From: Paraphysomonas bandaiensis
Taxonomy: Eukaryota; Protista; Chrysophyceae
Length of the DNA: 64,000 nucleotides
Assembly (NCBI GenBank): GCA_965644295.1
Contig: CBFFRP010000428.1
Location: 1-64,000 of the forward strand
Direction of reading: 5' to 3'
The translations under genes and the position numbers were made by a program. Below, piece by piece: positions 49,490-64,000 of this stretch. Under the pieces are notes generated by a model. It ran no database searches and was not told where the DNA came from. It saw only the letters and a program-made list of their open reading frames with translations. Each line of letters starts with the position of its first letter. Position 1 is the first letter of the stretch.

Positions 49490-52400
49490 TTAATTAGCGA
49501 TATGAGCAATAAACTAGTACCAGAAGTCATTGCACGAGTGTTCTTGTAACACGAAGAATGGAAAGAGAAAGTTTTGGCTGCCCAGCGAGGTGGTGGTGCG
49601 ATGGGTAAATATGTCGAGCGTAAAGTATCACCTCAATTGACGTGTAAGTCTAATACCAAGTGAAATGGAATATCCACACAATTACAGTAGGAAAGTGAAC
49701 ACCAGCTCGACCTCCACGATGTTCGTATATTGTTTGGCGAACTCATTATTAGGCACCCTATTGTCGAGCGTCATCTGGGCAGCAATACCGCTATTATTCA
49801 TAACGCTGCTTTCGAAAAGGCAGTCGTGAAGATTCAATGTGGCAATGAAGCCGCACTAACTCGGACGGAAAAGGATCAAATTAAAAATATTTTACTTGAT
49901 GAGGATTATTAGAATATGGATCTTATTCTAGTATATTCAGTATGTCACTTCAAGACAATGTACGAGAATACAGTGAAATATAGTGATGTACAAATGCTGT
50001 GATGATATTGAGAAACTGAAATAGTTTGATCGTTCAAGATATGTTCAGTAACGAGAGGTTCGCATATGTAGGATATTATGCAGGGATTATAATGAGTTAG
50101 TGTTGGTTATCACAACTTCGTGTAAACGACATTAATAAATCTATCTAGTCTTACGACAAATTCTCTCTGTGATCTAGTGTAAAATGAGCGTTTCTCAATA
50201 TGGTAGCGAGCGAGGAGGAGAGAAGGAGGATAGAGGAGTAGTGCCACAGTTTAATGAGAGCAATGTTGAACAATGGATCGAAGACTTCGAAACGTTCCTC
50301 ATGAGGAAAGAGCAAAGTGAAGTAGCGGTGGAGCCACCACCGAAGGAAAGCGACTTTGGGGAACAGCCACTCACGTTAATGGAGGAGAAGTCTTACAGAC
50401 AGGCTGTGAAGAAGTACTGGAAGGCGAATGCCATAGCGTATTCGTACTGCAGAGAGGCAGTGCAAACATCTTCGAAGGCGCTTCAGAAATTCCATCTTCT
50501 ACATAAAGGGTTCAAGGCTGATGGAAAAGGAAGCAACAGGTTTAAGGCGCATATTATGATTGATGAGTTGAAGAAGTGCTTTGCTGGAGGAAAGCAAAAC
50601 AAGATCAGTGAGTTGTTGACTCAGTATGGATCTTTCCGTATGCGTCCGGAGGAGACTGCGAAGGACTATATAATACGGTTTGAAATACTGCTGAAAGAGC
50701 TACAGGAGCAGCAGCAGGACATATCGGAGCTCTCAAAAATAACACGGTTACGAGAAGGTCTGTTGAATGAAGAATATGCTCCTCTGAATGTTGCTTTGTA
50801 TTTGATGCCTGATGATGTTGATTATGCAACATTATCAAGGAAGATAGAAAGGTATGATGATACCATTCCTGGAAGGATTGCGTTAGAGCGGAAACGCAAG
50901 AAGGTGGAGGAGCTGAATTTCATTGAAAAGAGCAAACGGTCTCGAACAGAACGGGATAAGCGTAAGAAGGGCAACTGTAGATATTGCAGGAAAGAAGGAA
51001 TTCCTCATAGCCATTCAACTGAACAGTGCAGGAGGAAGCAGAGGAAGAAGGATGGAGAGATATTAGGGCAGCGTCCTGGAAGTGCTGAGTATACGGGATG
51101 CAGAAATTGCAAGTCTCTGGAACATCTTGCTGCTGATTGTCCAACGACGAAGAAAAAGCATTCTAGAAGAGGAGAGAAAGGGAAGAATCATGGTAGGAAG
51201 CCGGACAAAAGGCTGCTGACAGTAGAGAATATACGGCGTGGAGAACCAGCAGATTTCTCTGATGAAGATGAAGCAAATATGATCGAGGATGTTATGAAAT
51301 TGTCATGCAATATACATGAAACGAATATATGTAGTGTAAATGATGACATGCATTATACATATATATTGACACCTGCTGTTCATCATCAATGTTCTTGATG
51401 AATGATGTGACCATGCTTGACACTCATATGAATACATCAAAGGTGATAAACGGCTCTAAGAAGGAATCAGAGATTCATATCACAAGTGTGGGTTCCCGTG
51501 GAGCATGGAGAGACATTGAAATTTCAGATCAGATCAATCGATGCCTGTGCTCCGGACGTAAGCTGAACGAAATGGGCTATCGATTCACGGTGTGGTATGG
51601 GATCCAAATTTATGACTGTAATACCGGTGAGCTGGTACTGGAGGGACCCATGAAGAATGGAATGACTGCAGTTCCAACTCAGCAGCTGTTGGAGCTTCCA
51701 GATGTGTCTACACCGAGTAATTGTGAAGTAAATCTTAGCGATAGGACTGGTGAGGACGAGCTGGAGTTGCTGCATCGGAGAGCGGGTCACTTCAACAAAC
51801 ATGCTTTAGTGGAGGCACATAAGAGGATGCTCATCATGGGTACAGGGTTGAAACGAAAACACCTCACAGCCAAGGTACACAAAAATCAGTGTTTGTGTGA
51901 TGTGTGTGCCAGGTCTAAGATAACCCGAGTCAGCTTCCGAACGAAGGACGAGAATTCCGTTAGACCGAATTTTTCAGCAGATATCGCTGTGTACTTAAAT
52001 TGTCCTGCTAGAGGAGGTGAGAGGTATGTGTTAAAGATAACGCATCATGCCAGCAAAATGTTCTGGGCGACGGGTTTAGTCCACAGAACTGGGGAAGCGG
52101 TCTTAGAAGTATTCAAAGAGCTATTTAGAGGAGATGTTAAAAGGTACAAGCTCAAGATGGAGCACTATCATGCAGATGGTGCAGGAGAGTTAATCAGTGA
52201 AGAGCTGCGTCAGTATCTTAGGACACAAGAGTGCTATCAACATACGTGGAGCTCAACAGACTCTCCAGAAATGAACTGCTGGAGAGATGACTCTTGCAAT
52301 GTTAATCCAATCTGGACTGCCACCGCAATTTTGGCTGGATGCATACATGGCAGCCAGATATATTTTGATTCGATTGCCAACGAAAACAGATAAAGGGTAT

Positions 52401-55400
52401 ATGTCTCCTATAGAGTTTCTAACGGGCGAGCCTCCAAATTTGAGATATCTTAGGGTATGGGGGTGTCGAACTTATGTTCTTTCACCGAAGGCGGATCGAC
52501 GAAAGGATTGGGAGGATAAGGCTCTAGTTGGATATTTAATGGGTTACTCTGATGAGAAGGTAGGATACCATGTATATCTTCCTGAATCAAACAAGGTGGT
52601 GACTACAGTCCATATATTGACTGATGAGTCAACGCCATCACGATCAGAAAAGTATTTCGCAGAGATTGATGCTCTTCGAGTGCGGGAGGCCGCTATAGAC
52701 CCAAGCTTGCATCCGACTATGTCAGCTTAGAAGGAACGTATCATATTGATGATGAGGACGGACTTCTGTATAAGACAACAAGAGTTGTAGAACGTAAGGG
52801 TGTGATTGTAGCATACCGTTCACTTGTTACTGCAGGTCGCGAGCATATAGAGCACCGGGTGCCTATACACGTCGAAGACGTGGTGCGTATGACTGCAGAA
52901 ACCCCCGGGAATACCGGGTACATAGGAAAGGGGGACGCCCTGAGTACTACGCCAGCCAGGGAGCTGGACCAGGGAAGACCTGGAGGGTTCCAGGAGAGTC
53001 CTGACCCAACCTGTCAACAGACAGTCATGAGGTTGCAGACCTTGACAGACCGTGGGTCTGGGGATGCGAGCGGGGCTCCTCCCACACCGCAAGATTTGCG
53101 GGCTCAGGATGAGCAAGGTATGGGTTCGTATATATCTACTAGACGACCTATTGAACTAGATGGTGATGGTCGTGTACGGCGGAAACGGCTACAGCGTAGG
53201 TTGGCGAACGCATCGGTGTTAGGAGAAATAAATATGGTTGAGGTGCCAGATGCATGCACTGTTAACTTTAAACATGCAGAGTTTCAACATGATGACTTTA
53301 AGATACCAGACTCCTATGCTGAAGCGGAGAGATCTCCACAGTACATGAAGTGGCGAGAAGCTCGGAAGGTGGAGAAGACCTCACTACTGAAGAGACGTGT
53401 CTTAAAGATTGTGCGGACTCCACGGGGAGTGAAGTTGGTGCGAGCAAAGTATGTTCACACGGTGAAGAGAGACCTTCTGGGGAATGTAGTCAAGTATAAG
53501 GCGCGGCTGGTTGCATTAGGGAATCTACAAGAAAAAACGGAGGAGGAGCAGTCCACGTTTGCTCCAGTGGTCAAAGGAATAACCATTCGACTGGTCCTCG
53601 CGATTGCGTTTATGTTCCATATGCATGTACATCAGTTGGATGTATCATCAGCGTTTTGTTATGCCGATCTTGAAGAGGATGTTTATATGGCACCTCCACC
53701 TGATGAAGAGTTGCCAGCGGGGTGGTGTTTTCAATTGATCAAGGCCTTATATGGTTTGCGGTCATCACCGAGGCAGTGGAACAAGCATATTGACAAGTTT
53801 ATCAAATCGTTACATTTTACTGCTTGCATTTTAGATACATGCTTGTATATGCGATGGAGTAATGGTCAATTGCACTTATTGCTGATATATGTTGATGATA
53901 TTATCATTGCATCTGCTGATCTCACCTACTTAGAAAGTGTTAAACGTAGGTTCTGCGAAACGTTTGAAATGCACGATCTGTGTGTGTGCAAACGGTTTCT
54001 GAATATCAGAATCACGAGAGGCGAGGACTGGTACATGTTAGATCAATCGGAATATGCCAAGAATATTGTAAAGAAATTCAGTTCGTTTATGGGAAAGAGC
54101 AGTAAGAATAAGGAGACTCCACTACCTACCAATGTTCAGGATTTGTTGACAGATCAACGTGAGCTGACGGAGGAGCAGAAGCAGTGGGTCGAATCATTTC
54201 CGTATAGAGGAATTATTGGAGCGGTATTGCATTTGGCGATTCACACTAGACCTGATCTGGCTTACGCTGTGGGGTTATTGGCTCGATTTAGTACTTCTCC
54301 AACATATGCGACTTGCAGATTAGCTATTCATTATTTGTTGAAATATTTACGTGGTACAGTTGATAAGGGAATCAGATTCAGTGGGAGTGAGTTTGATTTA
54401 CATGTATTCAGTGATTCAGACTGGGCTGGGGATAGGATGACTCGGCGGTCCACAACGGGATACATCGTGTTTTTATGTGCGGGCGCATTGGCCTGGCAGT
54501 CCAAGCTTCAGACCACAGTTGCGACTTCGAGCATGGAATCTGAGTATATGGCGGAGTATGCGGCTATGCAAGAACTGGTGTGGCTTCGGGGGGTGTTCAA
54601 GGAGCTCGGACTCTTGGTAGCGAAGCCGACTCCATTCTTTATGGATAGTAAGAGTGTAAAGGATCTTTCAGAGAATCCAGTGTATCATAAGAGGTCGAAG
54701 CATATTGACATCAAGTATCACTGGATAAGAGAACATGTTAATGGCAAATTTCCTACAGCAAAGTTGATTCATGTATCTACGGATGATATGGCGGCCGATA
54801 TTTTTACAAAGGCGTTGTCCACGAAGATCTTCAGCCGTCATGAGAAAACGATTACCGGGGTTAAGAGGAGTGTGTCTAACAGTGTGGAGGAGCAGCAGAA
54901 GAAACGACCCCGAAGAGGTTAAAGGTGTGTTTTAGTGGGTGAAAATCCCACATAACTGTATATCTAGTTGACTGCTAGGTATATATGTATCTTTAAAAGA
55001 TTTCACATCTGTTTTTACCTATGGGACTAGATAGTCATAGCATTATCAGATTATTGTGATCACTGTTGTTTTATCTCACTGCATTCTACATTGAGTGGGA
55101 GTATTAGAATATGGATCTTATTCTAGTATATTCAGTATGTCACTTCAAGACAATGTACGAGAATACAGTGAAATATAGTGATGTACAAATGCTGTGATGA
55201 TATTGAGAAACTGAAATAGTTTGATCGTTCAAGATATGTTCAGTAACGAGAGGTTCGCATATGTAGGATATTATGCAGGGATTATAATGAGTTAGTGTTG
55301 GTTATCACAACTTCGTGTAAACGATATTAATAAATCTATCTAGTCTTACGACAAATTCTCTCTGTGATCTAGTGTAAAATGAGCGTTTCTCAATAAGGAT

Positions 55401-55761
55401 GAAGAAGATGATGACAGTGAGAGTCTAGTTCAGAATGACGACGCAGCGCAACGTTTGATTGATGATAGCAGACAGCGGAAGCGAGCACGTCTTAACCAGC
55501 AAACTCGTTATCGCAGCATGAAGCACTTGCATGCCACAACCAATAAGGTTGAAAGGTTGTACAGTAGAGCTAAGATTGTTACTGATGTTACTACGCATGA
55601 CCCGTCGCTCTGGAATGAAAATACAGATGAGATAGCTATATTGGCAGCTAATGTAGTTTAGTATTAAATAATTGCAATAGTTGAAGTTGACACAGCAAGT
55701 AATAGTTGCAATCATAATTAATTGATTACAACCTGTGTCAATTAATTGATACGCAGCCCTG
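49490..55761 (+). mobile_element. Deleted hAT element split by Copia family 3 (pieces 49490-49906 and 55396-55761)
   Basis: Reading frame ...KNILLDED continues after the TSD as EEDDDSES...ATTNKVERLYSRAK. Terminal ATTAATTGATACGCAGCCCTG at 55741-55761. Left end not identified. Confidence 0.75.
49907..55395 (+). mobile_element. Copia LTR retrotransposon family 3 (full length, defective)
   Basis: 294-bp LTRs 49907-50200 and 55102-55395 (one visible mismatch), TSD AGGAT, PBS TGGTAGCGAG, PPT TGAGTGGGAG. ORFs 50184-51398, 51389-52393, 52287-52730 and 52802-54922 cover gag-PR-IN-RT-RH, with frameshifts and a deletion of the integrase NxxSER motif near 52275. Confidence 0.97.
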
Positions 55762-57175
55762 CTAGTTAGACCTCTACCTGTAGCTAATCAGTGCAAAATC
55801 TATTATCCTACTATTTAACGCTACGATAACTGCTTGTGCGTCGCCGCAAGCACTAAGGTGCAACCATTCTCGCTATATGATAGATGTGTATGTAGGGGAC
55901 GACGTTGTACAACGTACAGCATGACAAGTGAAAGCAGTGATCTAAGTTTAGTACTACCACACTGGAACGCTTAAGACTACACATACATTGTGTGCAATTT
56001 GCATCGGGGACTGCCTTATGTGCCTCACGGCAACCAGGGAAAGCAGTAATATACCCTTCTGAGATTGGCGATCTGGTGGCCTCTTCCTTAAGGCAAATTG
56101 TGCCACTTTGCTCGAAGGTATGCGGATGAAGGTCTTGCAGAAGGTTATGGCCTATTGTGAAGAAGTGTCGAAATCGACTCTTTTGCTGTCTTAGCCAGCG
56201 GCAGAGAACACATGCAAGAGAGTGTATAGCTGGACAGGAGTGGGATATGAGTGTTACCCGGTGTGTCCAGCAACAGGGAGTCAAGAGGGAGTGTGACTGA
56301 GTGCATGTATAAATGAGAGATCTGCCTGAAGTCAGTTAATCTTCATACCAATCGTGCATTTTCTATTAAAAAAATCGGCACAAGCAGGAACCAAAAAATC
56401 TGAAATCGGCATTAGTTGGGACCCTACTTCCTACAGGACATATACATAATACTCTGTATATAGGTGGATAGTCCTACACTCTGCAACCCCTGACTCCTCT
56501 CGACACCTCTCCACTGCACAACAGGGCTATCTCCTGACGACCACCCAACCCAACCCAACATGGTCTGTCTGTGGGTCTATGCGCGCACCAAGCAGAGTAC
56601 CCCCTCACCCTGTATACCTATCATTCCACAGCCCATACATCTCATTGGATGGACACAGTATTCCGCATACGGTATACTCTACTACTCTACTACTCTACTA
56701 CTGTGTCCCACAGGATGTATACCATTCCAAGCAATACGAATATACTGCAGTACACCACACAGCTCCAGTCCACACAACTACACTGGTATATATTGTTATG
56801 TGAATAGCGGGAGCGATGCAGCGCATGTCCTGCACTGCAGTGGGAGCATAGAGTCGAGCTGCTGTATATGATCTACACCTGCATCATATCATACACTTAT
56901 ACTCTGTACAGTATAACCAGGAAACTACACTGAACTTCAAAGGTACCAGCCAATGGCTGTGGCTTCTAACACAGAACCCCCTACATACAGTATACCGGTA
57001 TACGGTAGCGAGTATATATTCTATTGGCTGTAGTCTGCAGACCATATCACACTGCATATATGTATGTATATATATGTATGTATGTGTATGAGTATGAGTA
57101 TGAGTATGTAGAGCACACTCCGCATAGCACACTATAGTAAGGCACATCTGCTGTGAGAACAGTGATCGTATAGCT

Positions 57176-58932
<1,757 letters not shown>

Positions 58933-59220
58933 ACTGAAACAATAGATTCTTTATCGTTGCCTATTTTCGTGCCCATTTACTAACAGTAATCATTTTCGTA
59001 TTCTGCTCTGAATATTCTACATTCTTTGCAATGTCGACTATTATTCGCTGCACTTGTAGTGCAATTAGTAGGCAGTATATATGTGTATATGCATCATACA
59101 TCGTCTACGAAGGAGTACTTTATTGTCGTATAGTCTTCTGTGAGCAACACAGTCAAAGTTGACACATAGTCAGTCATGTTACTTCTATTACAACCCTACG
59201 GTTTTGATACACATGTACAC

Positions 59221-59317
59221 CAGGCCCTGGTAACCGTTAATGGTAGCGGCCATTAATGGTAATGCCATTATAATTGCCGGGAACTGCACTACCATTCTTT
59301 TTGGTTACCAGGCCCTG
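59221..59317. mobile_element. 97-bp hAT-type MITE
   Basis: TIRs CAGGCCCTGGTAACC / GGTTACCAGGCCCTG (1 mismatch). Perfect 8-bp TSD ATGTACAC at 59213-59220 and 59318-59325. Confidence 0.92.
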
Positions 59318-59656
59318 ATGTACACTTACATTACTCTTACTTCGTAGCTACTAGCGAACATAAGACAATAAGTACTATTACCTACTAGTAGCCGCCCCAA
59401 TTCACTCTCCTCTTCCCAGCACTCGAGATCGAGGAGGACTGCAGGACACATGATGATGCATGACCATTGGGATCCTATAACGATGGAGGGTGGGTATGTA
59501 GTAATAGTAACCGCAGAAATGAAAAGAAATTGCATTAAGTGGTAAGTGAGATATACTTTCAAACTAATATCATCAAAACGGCTTTTTAATTAGAAATCAT
59601 ATATATCATATTACGTAGTCATTACTGCACTTCAAATATATATATTAGGACAACGT

Positions 59657-60861
59657 TTAGCTACGACTATCATTACCTCTACTTAACACACGTCGTACAA
59701 CTGTAGTAATCTTCTCGTTACATACTCTACAAGCATTAATAACTGTTTCTTGGCTAATGCCGCGGCCAGACGACTACAGAAAATAGTTACGAAGAAAAAT
59801 ACTTCTAAAATCCTACGACACACCTGGCTAACATGGCACACTTGTCCATCCTGATCTGCCGCCACTGTGACTGTAGCATGCACCCCAGCGACCTCCTCAT
59901 CAGAGGGGTCTACTAACAGCACTGCAGAGCCGTCAGCGTCAACGTACACTCCACAGGAAACCGAGACTATCTGCCTTGAAACGGAGAGGTGAGAGTGCAA
60001 TCCTTCATCCGAAGCTGCGTTCACTAATGAGGACAGATTATTTGCTAAGATGGAACCCTACCGTCGAAGCATATATTCGTGTTTTCGTCTACAACTACAC
60101 GTGGAAGACGGGTATTTCCTAGAACGGAAGCCTATAAACACACACATAAGAAAAAAACAGATGACAATAGATATCTACCACAGCAAGCAGCATGGGATCT
60201 AGCAATTCCCCTCCCCGTGATAGACACACACATTGAACAACAAGGCACAGAGCACTCCGACCCTGTACGGTATTACGAGAATATCGTTAGACAGTCGATA
60301 ACAAGCATACCGGCACGATACAGAGTTGCTCTAAATCCACCGCGCCACTTCTAAAAAACACGACATTACGTTCAATAACAAGTGTATTGGCGTCCTAGTA
60401 CTTTTTGTAAATGTCTCCTATCGTTGCCTCTAAGGCAAGGGCCTCTTCACTCTTCTTCTGGTTGTCGTATTTGGAAGAGCAAATAGGCCACAGAGCAACG
60501 TCAAATACTACACACATACTGTCAATTTATCATACGGTAATGAGGGGAAATGCATACCGAGTCCTCCATAACTCGGAGTAGAGGGGAAGGGCGTGCCCAC
60601 CTGAACAGTAACAGAGCACGATATGAGCGTATTACCCCATCGAACAATTGACGCCCCGTATGAGTCAGCGTATACATCTGTATAACAATGACTGTGACCC
60701 TCATATGAGCACAGTGTATCTATATAACCTGCGCTGGCCACCACACTCCTCATTTCTCTCTCTCCACGACCATCAGGACGCGCTCCGTTATCGATGAACG
60801 CCTTCAGGAAATTCCTGGAATCAAGGTGCTGCATCACTGCTCGAGCTGATGACGTGTCCAT
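59657..60861 (-). CDS. RRP43: Exosome RNase PH-like subunit, RRP43/EXOSC8-like
   Basis: FLKAFIDNGARPDGRGEREMR, GASIVRWGNTLISCSV, DVALWPICSSKY, LLVDPSDEE. Several short introns. Confidence 0.8.
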
Positions 60862-60972
60862 CTCAGAATATATTTCTTGCGCTGTTATAGTATACAAGCC
60901 CCCTGTGGATAGCTATAGACGAAACAAAACATACTCATGACCACGAGTATACATACGTATATATATGTACTG

Positions 60973-61108
60973 TACCTACCTACCTACCTACCTACATACA
61001 AACATACATACATACATACATACATACATACATACATACATACATACATACATACATACATACATACATACATACATACATACATACATACATACATACA
61101 TACATACA

Positions 61109-61142
<34 letters not shown>

Positions 61143-61638
61143 CATACATACATACATACATACATACATACATACATACATACATACATACATACATACA
61201 TACATACATACATACATACATACATACATACATACATACATACATACATACATACATACATACATACATACATACATACATACATACATACATACATACA
61301 TACATACATACATACATACATACATACATACATACATACATACATACATACATACATACATACATACATACATACATACATACATACATACATACATACA
61401 TACATACATACATACATACATACATACATACATACATACATACATACATACATACATACATACATACATACATACATACATACATACATACATACATACA
61501 TACATACATACATACATACATACATACATACATACATACATACATACATACATACATACATACATACATACATACATACATACATACATACATACATACA
61601 TACATACATACATACATACATACATACATACATACATA
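60973..61638. repeat. (TACC)n-(TACA)n microsatellite, about 665 bp, between divergent genes
   Basis: Directly visible. Confidence 0.99.
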
Positions 61639-61698
61639 AGTATGTATTGCGGCATCTGTTGATCAGGTTAGAAGTGCTTAAAAGGCCGCTCTGATGCT

Positions 61699-62911
61699 AT
61701 GCGGTCAGGTGAATATATAGCAGTAGATACAGAAGCATCTGTGTCTGTTAGCGGTCCGGAGGGCTCATCTGTGCGATTGAGGGCTCCGTCTAATAGTAAA
61801 ATAAGATACAATCAAGCAAACATGGTCAGCCCATGGCTCAAGACGGGCATATTAATAGCTCTCTGTACGCAGAATGCAAGTTACACCCTGCTGAGGAAGC
61901 TGTCGACAATGACGACTACAGTTAACAGCAAAGAGATACTGCTCGTGGGTGAGATATTGAAACTAGTGGTTAGCGGGGGGTTCGTTATGGTGTCAAAGGA
62001 ACCAAGTAGCTCCAAGGGAGAGGGTGTGAGTAAGCTGCTATGGGTAGCAATTCATTCCGGCAAGATGTTTGTGTTGGCGGGCATATATCTGGTCATGAAC
62101 GTGCTGTCGTTTGTCTCTCTTCAGTATATAGGCGCAGGTATGTATATGGTATATATATATGTGCGTTTATCTCATATCCCGCTGTCACACTGCTTCAGGA
62201 GAATTCACTGTTTGCGCCCAATTAAAGATATTAACCACTGCGAGTTTCTCTGTGATTATAATGGGAACGAAGCTGTCAGAGACAAAGTGGCGAGCTTTGG
62301 CACTCTTAGTCGTTGGGTGTATTTTGGTTGCTATACCTGGTACTGGACTGAGTAAGGAAGGAATAGAAGGGGGGGCTGTTATGACACCGTCATTCGTGGT
62401 CGGGTATGGAGCAGTCTTGATGGAAGTAGTTTTGAGCGGATTTGCCTCTATATATTTTGAGAAGGTTGTGAAAAGCACTACTGAGGTTGTTACCATATGG
62501 GAACGTAATTTCCAGCTGTCAATTTATAGCATCCTCATATATGGTGGTCTCCTTCAATTCCAGGATCTGCCTGCTGGCTCTGCAGGCTCTTGGTCGGGTT
62601 GGAATATGATTACTTTTGTAGTGGCTGCTCTGGGTGCTTTGGGAGGACTTCTCGTGGCTGCCTCCCTCAAGTACGCGGACTCGATACTTAAAACTTTAGC
62701 TACGGCAGGAGCCATCATTATCGCCACATTTTGTGGCCATTTTCTCCTGGGAAGTCCACTCACGCATGATGTTGTGCTCGGAGCGTGTGTTACCATAATC
62801 GCAATCTTAAACTATACGAAAGATCAGGAAGTTCAGCCCCTAAGTTCTAATCAAGTGTATTCAACTGACGACACTCAATCAAAGTTAGGAAGTGCGTCAT
62901 CTCAAGTATAA
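61699..62911 (+). CDS. Nucleotide-sugar transporter, SLC35A (CMP-Sia/UDP-Gal type); start may be 61822
   Basis: QNASYTLL, EILKL, QLKILTTA, SGFASIYFEK, IWERNFQL, GGLLVA..KYADSILK. One intron, about 62138-62198. Confidence 0.9.
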
Positions 62912-63602
62912 TTATACGAGGAAGGTTGTTCGCCCAGCGCGTTTTTTTGTTTAGCGGCATTGGGAGAAGTTTGGCTACCCTGGTTTTGCTATATTGGGTA
63001 ACCATTTATAAGGAATGGTCGTTTGTTGGCAACTAATCAAGCCCAAGATTCAATCAACACGGCCTGTAGAATTATTTGGTCAAGTACGAGTTTGAAACGG
63101 AGACCAGAATAGTCGTGTGTCCTGTGTTTTTTGCAGTCAAGTGTTTATTTTCTTCGATGTAAAACTTATCCAGATACTTGTTTTACTTTTCATCTGTGCA
63201 TCGATGATCATTAAGCTCACTAGTACGGGCCGTTGGAATATTTCGACGATATAGTTGTATATAATTCGCCTTCAGTCTTTTATATTATTATAATCATATC
63301 GTACAGGTTCACAGGTTCTGCTTCAGAAAATTTCATTATAGAAAATTTGACGTAATCTACAGTACTATCTTCGAGAACCATACGTATTCCAACATAGTAG
63401 AGAGATCTAGAAAGTATATATGGTCTACGTTCTACATAGATTAGTAGCGCATATGAAAGTTAATAGAAGAGTAACTTTAAAAAAAACAGAACCACTTGAT
63501 TAATATGCGAATTATTATTAACCCGACTTTGTGCCCCAAGCTTAACTCGTTTCAATGTTATCAACAAATCACGCTCTTCTGCACTTTATAGCAAGAAAAA
63601 CT

Positions 63603-64000
63603 TTATTTCTTCTGGTTCTCCATACCTCCAACCATATTTTCAGGAACCACAAACCTGTCAAATTCCTCTTCAGTTAACATTTCCAGGTCGAGAGCAGCCT
63701 GTTTGAGGGATGTGCCCTCCTTGTGCGCCTTTTGAGCTATGGAAGCCGCCTTATAATATCCGATGTGTGTATTGAGAGCCGTCACCAGCATCAGACTTTG
63801 GTTTAAGTGCTGGGAAATACGCCCTGTGTCAGCAGTGATTCCTACCACACACTTGTCTGTGAAACTCGCGCAGGCGTCCCCTAGAAGTCCCGCACTTGTG
63901 AGCACATTGTAGGCCATCATAGGGGTGAAGACGTTGAGTTGAAACTGACCATGGGTGCCACCTACGGCGACTGCAGCATCGTTCCCAATCACCTGAGCAC
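63603..64000 (-). CDS. fumC: Fumarate hydratase class II, C-terminal part
   Basis: [41 protein letters not shown]. Confidence 0.95.
   Translation of the reverse strand, partial: AQVIGNDAAVAVGGTHGQFQLNVFTPMMAYNVLTSAGLLGDACASFTDKCVVGITADTGRISQHLNQSLMLVTALNTHIGYYKAASIAQKAHKEGTSLKQAALDLEMLTEEEFDRFVVPENMVGGMENQKK

Noticed and set aside
55853-56300. 143-aa minus ORF and GC-rich block
   Set aside because: No motif recognised in any frame and no splice partners found.

Overview
Eukaryotic nuclear DNA with short (about 45-65 nt) spliceosomal introns. A stramenopile origin is inferred from the NADH-dehydrogenase-like/SelD fusion and oomycete-like hAT remnants, but the organism cannot be fixed from this window. 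Host genes: a 5'-truncated CTC1-like OB-fold gene, TM9SF, IMPDH, fused selenophosphate synthetase, GINS Psf3, an IQ-motif protein, a coiled-coil protein, a secreted methyltransferase-like/GT23 fucosyltransferase-like protein, two tandem MetAP2 copies (one frameshifted), exosome RRP43, an SLC35A nucleotide-sugar transporter and the 3' end of fumarase. About a third of the window is mobile DNA. There are three full-length Ty1/copia elements of different families with 5-bp TSDs, a 3' fragment of one of them, a 4.5-kb pogo-like DNA transposon carrying an array of hairpin-forming 60-bp repeats, hAT remnants with a 97-bp MITE, and two non-coding dispersed repeat families. Most notable: (i) all three copia families share a conserved ~70-aa domain after the integrase core, where copia normally has an unconserved linker, and they also have non-TG..CA LTR ends; two start gag inside the LTR and have D-S/T-C protease motifs; (ii) the pogo-like element has DD39D spacing, an apparent TACA TSD and a stem-loop array; (iii) long (TATG)n arrays sit just upstream of start codons. 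All identifications are by eye; no database searches were run.
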